Assembly: GCA_965216875.1 (NCBI GenBank)
Contig: OZ244207.1
Coordinates: 4,928,001-4,992,000 of the forward strand
DNA from: Rubripirellula sp.
GTDB lineage: Bacteria; Planctomycetota; Planctomycetia; Pirellulales; Pirellulaceae
Direction of reading: 5' to 3'
Length of the DNA stretch: 64,000 nucleotides
Shown here: piece after piece, positions 19,318 to 27,559 of the stretch
Position numbering within the stretch: position 1 is the first letter of the stretch
Layout: each line of letters opens with the position of its first letter
Made by a program: the position numbers and the translations under genes
The notes under the pieces: model-generated
The model's input: the letters and a program-made list of their open reading frames with translations, nothing else
Told to the model about the DNA's origin: nothing
Database searches by the model: none

Positions 19318-20604
19318 ATGAAAGTGTCGATTGGATTTCGGAAACTCATAATCGCTTGGGCGATCATCGCCTTGGCATCGCTGCTGCCTGAGCAATCGGC
19401 TTGGTCGCAAACAGTCGCTGCTCCGACCGACACACAAACATCAATCTACGACGACGTTTTGCAGTTCGGTGGTCCCAGCAGTGTCGCTGGCCAGCTTGCT
19501 GAAGACACCACCGGCGCCCCCGAGTTTCGTCTGCAGCGACTTCAAGACCTTGCCGCACCGTGGTACGACTTCAAAGAGCGACTTAATCAACGCGCGGGAC
19601 TGCAGTTTGGAATCGACGACTCGATTCTGTATCAAGTTGCAACCGATAGCCTCGGCGAGACGGACGCCGCAAGTGGGTTGGTACGCGTTTTTGGTCAATG
19701 GGAACTTGTCGGACGCGGCAGTGGCAATCCTGGCTTGCTCGTGTTCAAAGGTGAAGACCGACATCGAATCGGCACCTCGTTGACTCCTTTTGATCTCGGC
19801 TTCGAAGCAGGGTCGGTGGTTCCAACGGGCACGTTCTTTTCCCAATTCAATTTCTCTGTGACGAACCTGTTTTGGAAGCAGTACCTTTTTGATCGCCAAA
19901 TGGCCATCATCGTCGGCCGCATCGATGTGACCGACTTCATCGACATCTATGCGATGACCAACCCGTTGACCCACTTTTTGAATCTCTCGTTCTCGCTCAA
20001 TCCAACGATCGCCGCACCGAACCAGGGGCTCGGGGTGGCCGCCGGTGCGATGTTGACCGAGCACCTCTACGCGCAAGGTGGGTTTAGCGATGCCAACGGC
20101 CAACCAACACGAGCCGGCTTTGACACCTTCTTTGACGATGCCGAGTTCTTTAGCTACGTCGAGTTCGGTGTGACTTCGGCGCAAGATCGGATCCACCTCG
20201 ACAACGTTCACTTGACGCTTTGGCACACCGATGCGCGAACGGATGCCGGAACACCGTCAAGCTGGGGCGTCGCCTTCACAGCCCAAGAATTCGTTTGCGA
20301 CAAGTGGTTGCCGTTTTTCCGAGCCGGGTACAGCGACGGCGGCGCCGCGCTCATGCAAGCCACGGTGTCGACGGGATTGGGCTACCAACGCGAAAATCGA
20401 GATGTCGCCGCGTTCGGATTCAGCTGGGGAAAACCGGCCACCGGAGCGCTGCGAGATCAATACACGCTCGAGACCTTTTATCGGTTTCAGATGACGGAGT
20501 ACCTGGCGGTCACGCCCGACGTTCAACTGGTCATCGACCCAGCTCTCAATTCAAGCGTCGATGCGTTAGCCTTCTTCGGTCTCCGACTTCGCACCGCGTT
20601 CTAG
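19318..20604 (+). CDS. Second OprB-family porin
   Basis: Signal peptide, FGGPSSV, C-terminal ETFYRFQMTEYLAVTPDVQLVIDPA...GLRLRTAF. Confidence 0.87.
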   Translation: MKVSIGFRKLIIAWAIIALASLLPEQSAWSQTVAAPTDTQTSIYDDVLQFGGPSSVAGQLAEDTTGAPEFRLQRLQDLAAPWYDFKERLNQRAGLQFGIDDSILYQVATDSLGETDAASGLVRVFGQWELVGRGSGNPGLLVFKGEDRHRIGTSLTPFDLGFEAGSVVPTGTFFSQFNFSVTNLFWKQYLFDRQMAIIVGRIDVTDFIDIYAMTNPLTHFLNLSFSLNPTIAAPNQGLGVAAGAMLTEHLYAQGGFSDANGQPTRAGFDTFFDDAEFFSYVEFGVTSAQDRIHLDNVHLTLWHTDARTDAGTPSSWGVAFTAQEFVCDKWLPFFRAGYSDGGAALMQATVSTGLGYQRENRDVAAFGFSWGKPATGALRDQYTLETFYRFQMTEYLAVTPDVQLVIDPALNSSVDALAFFGLRLRTAF

Positions 20605-20639
20605 CTCACCCCATCACTCGAGCAACGCTTCATCCCTGC

Positions 20640-20765
20640 TGCCTCCTCTCACACACCTCTTCTCTCACGCATCCTCTTACGCCCGCTTTTTTCTGTCCCC
20701 CATCTTTCTGTCCCTCTTCCATCCTTCTTTCTGCCCACCTTTTTTCTGCCATTCTTTTCTCCTCC
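20640..20765. repeat. Pyrimidine-rich tract with TTTCTG(T/C)C repeats
   Basis: TTTTCTGTCCCCCATCTTTCTGTCC..TTTCTGCC..TTTTCTGCC seen directly. An inverted copy (21/24 identical) lies at 17731-17754. Confidence 0.65.
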
Positions 20766-20847
20766 TAGTCCTGCGGACTGATTGCCGTCGTGTCGCTATC
20801 CCATTGGAAACGGGTTTCAACACTCTGATGGAAAGGGGAAATGGGCG

Positions 20848-21246
20848 ATGGCTTACGTGTTCTTGGCGACCACGTTGCTTTTTGCTGGCTCGACCACTTT
20901 CCTTGCCATTGCGTTGTGTCGTCGCTCAACCGGGCTGAGAAAGACGAGCCAGAAGCAAGAGATGGCCGACCGGCAACTTCGTGCAACTCGACTTGAGTAC
21001 GAGAAATACGCGGCTCATACCGGACGGCTGAAATCGATCACCGAGCTCGACCGCTACATCGCTTCGCTGAAGGAGCTGGTCGGTCGGTTTGAATCCATTC
21101 AGTCTCTCGACCATCTCCTCGTTCAGCGGAAGTCGGACCTACAGCAAGCGGAAAAGCTACTGGACGAGCTTCGTGGAGATGCGATTTGTTGCAATGATCA
21201 CACAAAGGGGCTGCCAAATGGCGGAGTTCGATCGCATTCAGACTGA
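20848..21246 (+). CDS. Hypothetical membrane-anchored coiled-coil protein
   Basis: N-terminal hydrophobic helix followed by heptad-like charged helices. Confidence 0.55.
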   Translation: MAYVFLATTLLFAGSTTFLAIALCRRSTGLRKTSQKQEMADRQLRATRLEYEKYAAHTGRLKSITELDRYIASLKELVGRFESIQSLDHLLVQRKSDLQQAEKLLDELRGDAICCNDHTKGLPNGGVRSHSD

Positions 21247-21417
21247 TGACAAACTTGCCGATCCGACTCCCGACTGGGAGGGGTTTCGTCGGTCGAATTG
21301 GGTTGGTCTGCAAAGAAGTTTTTTGACTTGACGAACCGGTATAAACCGACCAACGTATACCTCAGCTGTCCTTGATTGGACAAAAGGCCACCTTCCCCAC
21401 TTGCTTTTAGCGTCTTC

Positions 21418-21843
21418 ATGGCCCCGGCAGCCCGCCACATTATTGTCAGCCTCCTGTGCGGCATGATCGCTTTCGGTCATGCTCCCGCTTGGCTGCATGT
21501 TGCAGGTTGTGAGCACGGAAATCACCTCGTCGAGGCTTCGACCTATCGCCCACAAGACGACGCTTGCTGTTGCCACCATGGCCATGACCACCAAGCCTCG
21601 GAAGCGGAAGAGGGTGAGCCGAATCCAGCGTCCCGGGGTCATCAACATCCTCATGGGCACGATTCAGACACCTGCGCAATTTGCCAATCGCTTGTAGCTC
21701 CGACTGGCGTCAAGCTTGATCTTGATCCCGTCGTGCATGATGAAGGCTTGGTTGCGGTTGCTGCGATTGCTGAACTTTCAGCACCGGCCCCAACACTTCG
21801 CTCCATCCCTCAGCCTCGTGGACCGCCTGCGCTCAACGCGTAG
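21418..21843 (+). CDS. DUF2946-like His/Cys-rich exported leader protein with C-terminal RGPP motif
   Basis: Hydrophobic N-terminus, CCCHHGHDH, HQHPHGHDSDTCAICQ (CxxC), and PQPRGPP four residues before the stop. Confidence 0.85.
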   Translation: MAPAARHIIVSLLCGMIAFGHAPAWLHVAGCEHGNHLVEASTYRPQDDACCCHHGHDHQASEAEEGEPNPASRGHQHPHGHDSDTCAICQSLVAPTGVKLDLDPVVHDEGLVAVAAIAELSAPAPTLRSIPQPRGPPALNA

Positions 21844-21929
21844 AGCCTCTGGTCACGATCGATGAGCTCCCTTGATGCGTTAAAGCGAAAGGGTGCTCAC
21901 CGACTTTGCCTGGACTATTGAACCAATTG

Positions 21930-22005
21930 GTCCCGCCTCGCGCGGTTCTGTTGGTCACGGTCCGACCAAACCCGATCAGCTGTTCCCGCGTGGCGGGGCT
22001 CTTTT
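21930..22005 (+). promoter_or_regulatory. Structured element (long stem, inner hairpin, short U tract) in the leader of the tad operon
   Basis: GTCCCGCCTCGCG pairs with CGCGTGGCGGGGC, with inner hairpin TTGGTC/GACCAA, followed by TCTTTT. Confidence 0.45.
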
Positions 22006-22260
22006 GCCAACCTGAAGCTTGAATCACACGCTTCAGTTCGGTGTTGTGGGGCGTGCGATCCGTCGGATGAGACGTTCGCAAAAAGAAGGAAACAATTCGA
22101 GGGTGGGTGATCAATGTGTCATAGCTTGTTGCTTCGACATGGCGAATCATCCGAATCGCTTTCGACTTCGCGCAGTCTTTGCTGGCCGCTGCTGCGTGGG
22201 GAACTTGGTCAGGCGGCTAATTCAACTCCAACTCGTTTTTCCCATAAGTGAGAAACAACT

Positions 22261-22608
22261 ATGCGTAAGATGCTTCGCAACAAGAAGGGTCAAGGTCTTG
22301 TCGAGTACGGTCTGATCATCGCCGGTGTTGCACTGATTTGTGCAGCTGCCGTTTCGGTTTTCGGACACAAAACCAGCGATTTGATCGGTGCCGTCGCAAC
22401 GATCCTGCCTGGTGCCCATGCAGATGACAACGGCCCAGTTGTTAGCGGCAAGCTGATCGAAACCACCGGTGCTGACACCGGCGCAATCGCTCTGGACGCT
22501 GCGACCATCCTTGCAAACACCGACACCGGTCGTTTGGACAACAACGTCTTCGGTGCAGCAACTGCTGCTGGTGGCGACGGATTCGGCGGCTTGATCCTCG
22601 AGCCGTAA
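22261..22608 (+). CDS. flp: Flp-family type IVc pilin (long form)
   Basis: KKG/QGLVEYGLIIA class III signal and Flp motif (G, E+5, Y+6), hydrophobic helix, extended C-terminus. Confidence 0.92.
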   Translation: MRKMLRNKKGQGLVEYGLIIAGVALICAAAVSVFGHKTSDLIGAVATILPGAHADDNGPVVSGKLIETTGADTGAIALDAATILANTDTGRLDNNVFGAATAAGGDGFGGLILEP

Positions 22609-22636
22609 GCCTGACCCATTTGCCAAGATTCGCAAG

Positions 22637-22667
22637 CCACGCACGGGGGACAACCACCGTGCGTGGC
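22637..22667 (+). terminator. Stem-loop downstream of flp
   Basis: GCCACGCACGG...CCGTGCGTGGC inverted repeat. No strong U tract, so possibly an mRNA stabiliser. Confidence 0.5.
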
Positions 22668-22698
22668 GATTGCGTTTCTGGCGAAGCGTTTTCAGTCA

Positions 22699-23124
22699 AT
22701 GATGTTCTACGCGATTTCGGTCATCGTTCTGCTACTTCTTGCGTTTGCCACCTTCTGTGACTTTCGCACGAGGGAGATCCCGGATTGGATCTCGATTGCG
22801 ATCGCATTGGTCGCGATCGTCAGCTCCGCGATGGGGTACCTCGGGCTCTCCTTGCCATTGGCCCTCACCGGTGGCGTTCTTGGGCTCCTGGTCGGCTATC
22901 TCCTGTTTCGATATGCCCAACTTGGCGGGGGTGACGCGAAACTGATTGCAGCACTTGGACTGGTTGTAGGGCCCGTCGGGATCCTCATTGTCCTGTTTGG
23001 AATGGCCCTTGCTGGCGGCGTTTTGTCGTTGGTTGCGATGCTTCGCGGTCAACGTGACTACGCCTATGTCCCAGCCATCACCGTCGGTTTTGTAGGATAC
23101 ATCGGTCTGGTTTCCCAGATATGA
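22699..23124 (+). CDS. cpaA: Prepilin peptidase (A24) TadV/CpaA
   Basis: DFRTREIPD and LGGGDAKL aspartate motifs, multiple TM, directly after flp. Confidence 0.93.
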   Translation: MMFYAISVIVLLLLAFATFCDFRTREIPDWISIAIALVAIVSSAMGYLGLSLPLALTGGVLGLLVGYLLFRYAQLGGGDAKLIAALGLVVGPVGILIVLFGMALAGGVLSLVAMLRGQRDYAYVPAITVGFVGYIGLVSQI

Positions 23125-23156
23125 ATTCGCTTCCGTTCTCCAGATGGATGACTAAG

Positions 23157-23630
23157 ATGTCAAAGAACCTCATTGCTTTGCCGATCGCCTGCATCACCCT
23201 CGTCGCAACCGCCTTGGCTCCGACCGCCAACGCGGACGACCACGCTGGCATGAAAAAGGAGCACCAAGCGGCTCATCGGCAACACGATCAGTGGGCTGCC
23301 GAGCATGCCAAATGGCGTGCTGAACATATGCGTGCCCTGGCACTGATTGCAAAATTACAGGCACGTATCTACGAGCATGAGGCAGAGCTGATTGAGCATG
23401 ACGAAGAGATTCGCGCTCATGAAGATCATGCCATGCACCATGGCGAAGAGATCGAAGCTCACGAAAAGCACGGCCACGATCACGATCACAACGCGCTCGA
23501 GAAAGAGCACGCTGATTTTAAGGCGAAGCATAAGGCAATGGCTCAAAAACATGACTCCGTCAAATCGGGTCACGAAGAGCTACACCAGTTGCTAAGCAAG
23601 TTGACGAAGTTCTTGAAGGCCGAGAAATGA
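23157..23630 (+). CDS. Secreted His-rich helical protein with heptad-spaced histidines (putative metal-binding)
   Basis: Sec signal ending ANA. 22 His in about 131 mature residues, mostly at 7-residue spacing. Confidence 0.85.
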   Translation: MSKNLIALPIACITLVATALAPTANADDHAGMKKEHQAAHRQHDQWAAEHAKWRAEHMRALALIAKLQARIYEHEAELIEHDEEIRAHEDHAMHHGEEIEAHEKHGHDHDHNALEKEHADFKAKHKAMAQKHDSVKSGHEELHQLLSKLTKFLKAEK

Positions 23631-23911
23631 ACCCCCGCTTTGGACGCATCCGTCGCGGTCAATCGCTTGTCGAATTCGCCGTCGTTGCTCTCGTCTTGTA
23701 CATGATCCTGGCAGCGATCTTGACATTCGGACATGCGATCTATGCCGCGCAAGGCTTACAAACCGCGGCGGATCTGGCGGCCAAAGAAGACACACATGCT
23801 CCGCTGCCTACGGATGATTCAATCGAATCGGCGGCAAGCTCTCAGGGCAACGCGACGGCGTCTTATGTCACAACGATGGTCGCCGCGAAACACCAACGCT
23901 CCTATCACTAA
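23627..23911 (+). CDS. Short TadE-like pseudopilin (possibly truncated)
   Basis: RRG/QSLVEFAVVALVLY class III signal. ATGA overlap with the His-rich gene. Only 94 aa. Confidence 0.75.
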   Translation: MNPRFGRIRRGQSLVEFAVVALVLYMILAAILTFGHAIYAAQGLQTAADLAAKEDTHAPLPTDDSIESAASSQGNATASYVTTMVAAKHQRSYH

Positions 23912-23982
23912 CGATTCAATTCACGCGGCATGGAGGCGAGCACCGTTCACAAGGAAGTAGTCAAACAAAAACGATCAGTACG

Positions 23983-26508
23983 ATGGCACAACGAAACTAC
24001 CGCAACTCTCGTCGCTCGCGATTGCCAGGTCTGCTACTTGCCGGCGGCGGCTTGTTTGCGCTAACCCTGTTCGGAATTGTCGGAACACTCTGGCTTGCGG
24101 GCGTTCCCCTAAACCCATTCGCTGCATCGCAAAAGGAAGATCCGTACATGGTTCGGATCCCAATCAATGCGCGACCGATTCCCGCTTACAGTCGCGTCGA
24201 TCGAACGCACTTGCTCAATCCCGCAGACCGAAGCTTGATGTTCCAACGTATTCCACCGCGGGCAGCCCTGGGGATGGCAGTCGTTGGTGTCGACCAAAGC
24301 GGATCTCATGTCGAAGATCGTGTTGTTGATGTAAAAAACGTCAATGACGAAGTGGTCTTTGTCGTTGCTGGCGGTCGCGAAGTGCGTCAAGCACAAACCT
24401 TCACCCTTGGTGGCGCCATTCTGAACATCAATGCGATCATTGGTCGAGTTGTAAAAGCAGACAAACGTGCCGGTCTCGGATTCCAAGAAAGCACGTTCTT
24501 TCCGCAAGGCACACCCGAGGGACTCGCCGGTGCGACCCCAGAAGGAATGCGCGCGATCACGCTCGATGCAACTCGCTTGACCGGTGTCCACTCACTCAAC
24601 GCGGGCGACATGATCGACTTGTTGGCCAGTGTTCCAACAGATGACGTTGATAACGACGACGAGTCAAACGAAAGCGAAGTCGAACTGCTCGCCCAAAACG
24701 CTCACGTGCTACGTCCGGTCTATGTACGCAACGAAGTGACTTCATCGGCATCGCTGATGAACGGACAAACAACGCAAAACCTGCCCAAGTACGAAGTGGC
24801 GATTGCCGTGGCGGCAGACGATGTGATTCGATTGCAGACGGCATTGAACCAAAGTTTGTCGATCACTTGTGTCGCCCACTCCATGAAACCAACGGACGGC
24901 AGCGAACAAAAGCCACCAGCCCCGGATCATCTCGTTCGTGTACCTGTCACGGTGCGCCCGATTCTGGCTTATCAAGTTGTCTCGCGCGATGCGTTTGTGA
25001 GCCCTGCCACTCGTTCACTAAAGACTGCAACGATTCCGCGTCAATTGGCCGATCGACTCGGTGCGATCACATCCGTCGATCAGGCGATTGGTGCGATCAC
25101 CCGCCAAGACATCCCCGCCGGTCGCTATCTCCGCCAATCGGACCTGCTCAAAGGGCCTCCCACAAACCAGCAATCGGCCGACAACATGGTTGAATCCAGC
25201 TTGGACGGATTCAACCAATCTGCCGACGGCAAACGATTTGTCGCAATGGTCCAGCAACCACAACAGCCGGCACCGGCAGCCACGGCGGTTGGCGACCGAC
25301 CTGCGATCAGCCGCTTCATCCCCGCCGGTCGCACCGCGTTTGCGATCCCACTCAATCGTGTTTACGGCGCCGAGCATCTTCAAATCGGCGATTCGATCGA
25401 TCTTCTGGCGAGCTTTTCTCTCGAACGACTACGAGATGAAGAAGAAACGGAAACGCGCCCCGACGGGACGGTCATCGTTCGCAAGTCCGAATCACTGACT
25501 CCCCGCACGACGCGTCGTAGCTGGGAAGAATCCTTTGGCAATCGAGCCGAACCTTGGTTTGTGGCAACCGGCGCGATCGTCGTCGCACCCGTCGGTTTTC
25601 CGGCACCGGCGGCCGCACTTCGTGCGATCGAGTCGGATACGGAAGTGTCGCGACCCTCCCAGCGAGACAAAACCTTTGAAGGCCCACCCGTCATCATTGC
25701 GGTAGAAAACCGCGATGTTGAAACCGTCGCCACCGCACTGGCGACGCGTGATGCACTGTTCACGGTTGCGTTCCATGCGGACGAGAACAACGTCGCGAGG
25801 CCGCAAGACAAGACCATCGCCATCGCCTCGGAACCGATGGATGCGTACAGCCCACTCAGTGAAACCTCGTGGCAAGGTAACCGCCGCCGTGTCGCAACGC
25901 GCGTCGTCTCGTCAGGCAACCCGCGATTCCAAGACGCTTTGACGCCCCAACAGTTGCAGAGCTATTTCGGCCGCACGTTGAGTGTCGAAAAGAACAACGG
26001 CGACTTCTTTACACCCGCTGACTTTATGCCTGAAGGGGCAGGGCAGGGGATCGGAGCCTCCGTTCGCCAAGGGTACACCTTGCTACCCGTAGCAGATCGC
26101 GATATTGAAGGAATTGATTCGTTCATAAGAAACGACACCGTCACGATCATGATCCGTGCCGTTTTCAAATCGCAACTCGCCCGCCAAGTCAATGCCGAAG
26201 ATGGCGTCGCCGCCTCTTTTGTGGTCGCCGAAACGGTCCGAGTCGTTCGTGAATCGGTTGGTGGCCAATCGATCATCGAAGTTCAAAACAAAGACCTCGC
26301 AAAACTTCAAGCTGCGATGGCACGATCGCTCACCGATCGAGAAGAAATGCGAGATCGATCGCACTTGGTCGCCGTCGGTTCCGTTCCCACCAACGACACC
26401 ACAAGTTCCGATTCGAAGATCGCTCCGTTTGACCCACTGACTGGCGTCAAAACGACTCAGATCATCATCGGTGGCGAGCGGAGCGTGAAGGTCTTTGGAG
26501 GTCAATGA
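23983..26508 (+). CDS. cpaB: CpaB/RcpC-like pilus assembly protein with three tandem SAF+RcpC modules
   Basis: N-terminal TM, with repeated motifs (RPIPAY/RPILAY/EPMDAY; GMRAITL/GRTAFAI; GDMIDLLAS/GDSIDLLAS). Confidence 0.8.
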   Translation: MAQRNYRNSRRSRLPGLLLAGGGLFALTLFGIVGTLWLAGVPLNPFAASQKEDPYMVRIPINARPIPAYSRVDRTHLLNPADRSLMFQRIPPRAALGMAVVGVDQSGSHVEDRVVDVKNVNDEVVFVVAGGREVRQAQTFTLGGAILNINAIIGRVVKADKRAGLGFQESTFFPQGTPEGLAGATPEGMRAITLDATRLTGVHSLNAGDMIDLLASVPTDDVDNDDESNESEVELLAQNAHVLRPVYVRNEVTSSASLMNGQTTQNLPKYEVAIAVAADDVIRLQTALNQSLSITCVAHSMKPTDGSEQKPPAPDHLVRVPVTVRPILAYQVVSRDAFVSPATRSLKTATIPRQLADRLGAITSVDQAIGAITRQDIPAGRYLRQSDLLKGPPTNQQSADNMVESSLDGFNQSADGKRFVAMVQQPQQPAPAATAVGDRPAISRFIPAGRTAFAIPLNRVYGAEHLQIGDSIDLLASFSLERLRDEEETETRPDGTVIVRKSESLTPRTTRRSWEESFGNRAEPWFVATGAIVVAPVGFPAPAAALRAIESDTEVSRPSQRDKTFEGPPVIIAVENRDVETVATALATRDALFTVAFHADENNVARPQDKTIAIASEPMDAYSPLSETSWQGNRRRVATRVVSSGNPRFQDALTPQQLQSYFGRTLSVEKNNGDFFTPADFMPEGAGQGIGASVRQGYTLLPVADRDIEGIDSFIRNDTVTIMIRAVFKSQLARQVNAEDGVAASFVVAETVRVVRESVGGQSIIEVQNKDLAKLQAAMARSLTDREEMRDRSHLVAVGSVPTNDTTSSDSKIAPFDPLTGVKTTQIIIGGERSVKVFGGQ

Positions 26509-26631
26509 TGATGAGTGCATCGAATCATCCGAGACGCATTCACCAGTCTGTGATCGAACTCCGAATTCGGCGGGCAACACCGAATCCACTTTTTGATTTC
26601 CGCCACGTGAACGTTCTTGAAGGAGCAGAGA

Positions 26632-27447
26632 ATGAATAAGCGCCGCAAAGGCCAAGCTTTGGTTGAGTTCGCTCTTGTTGGTTTTGCGTTAACGGCTCTC
26701 CTAATGGGCATTATCGGTATCGGTACGATGCTGATTCAGTCGACGGCTACCGCGTCGGCTTCGATTTCGGCGAGCATGATTTTTGACCTTCAGGTGGAAA
26801 AAGAAGACGTCAACAACGTCGAAGAGGTCTATGCCGCACTTCGAACGCTCAACCTCTACAACGATGCTCACTTGATTCTGGAGCCAGCCGATTACTTTGC
26901 CGAGACGTTCAACGGTGGTCCACTGGCAAGCCTTAACCGGCGGATGTTGCCGCTGTACCAATTCGATCGAGACCGAAACGTCTACCGGTACCCTGGGGCA
27001 CCTGCGTCGTACAACAACGGAAATGCAGTTTTAATCCCCCGCACGGCTCGTGACACAAGCGAGACCATCACGGCTTGGTATCGACCCGTTGAAATTGAAT
27101 TCGATCCGAACGTCACCGATCAGACCGTTTTGAACGTAACACTCAACATGGCGTCGCAACCCGCGACCCTGCTTTCCTATCCGACCGACGCACTGGGCAG
27201 GACGGTTGGGCTCCCACTGGTTGCCGATGATGGGACGGTCAACGTTCAAGCCAACCTCCCGGATGGATTTAATTTGCAGGGAGCGGGCGTGGTGAACTCG
27301 CCCTTCGCATCGACCAATCGGGGGCAATTCGGACTTGGCGAAATGAAGAACTTCGGCACGAATGTTCGGCCGTTTCGACGTGTTTTCTTTCACCGAGGGA
27401 CGTTCCGACTGAAGCCTGTTGAGGAACAAAATGGAACTCAACCTTAG
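26632..27447 (+). CDS. TadE/TadG-type pseudopilin
   Basis: RKG/QALVEFALV class III signal, AAGGAG RBS. Confidence 0.85.
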   Translation: MNKRRKGQALVEFALVGFALTALLMGIIGIGTMLIQSTATASASISASMIFDLQVEKEDVNNVEEVYAALRTLNLYNDAHLILEPADYFAETFNGGPLASLNRRMLPLYQFDRDRNVYRYPGAPASYNNGNAVLIPRTARDTSETITAWYRPVEIEFDPNVTDQTVLNVTLNMASQPATLLSYPTDALGRTVGLPLVADDGTVNVQANLPDGFNLQGAGVVNSPFASTNRGQFGLGEMKNFGTNVRPFRRVFFHRGTFRLKPVEEQNGTQP

Positions 27448-27559
27448 CGGTCATTCACCCTTTTTGCGGGCACCGCATCCATCGCTCCGAGATCAGGCGC
27501 GAGCTCAAAACAACGATATCGACGGTGGCCTCTTGGTTGCCGTGAACAGGTGAAGAGAG

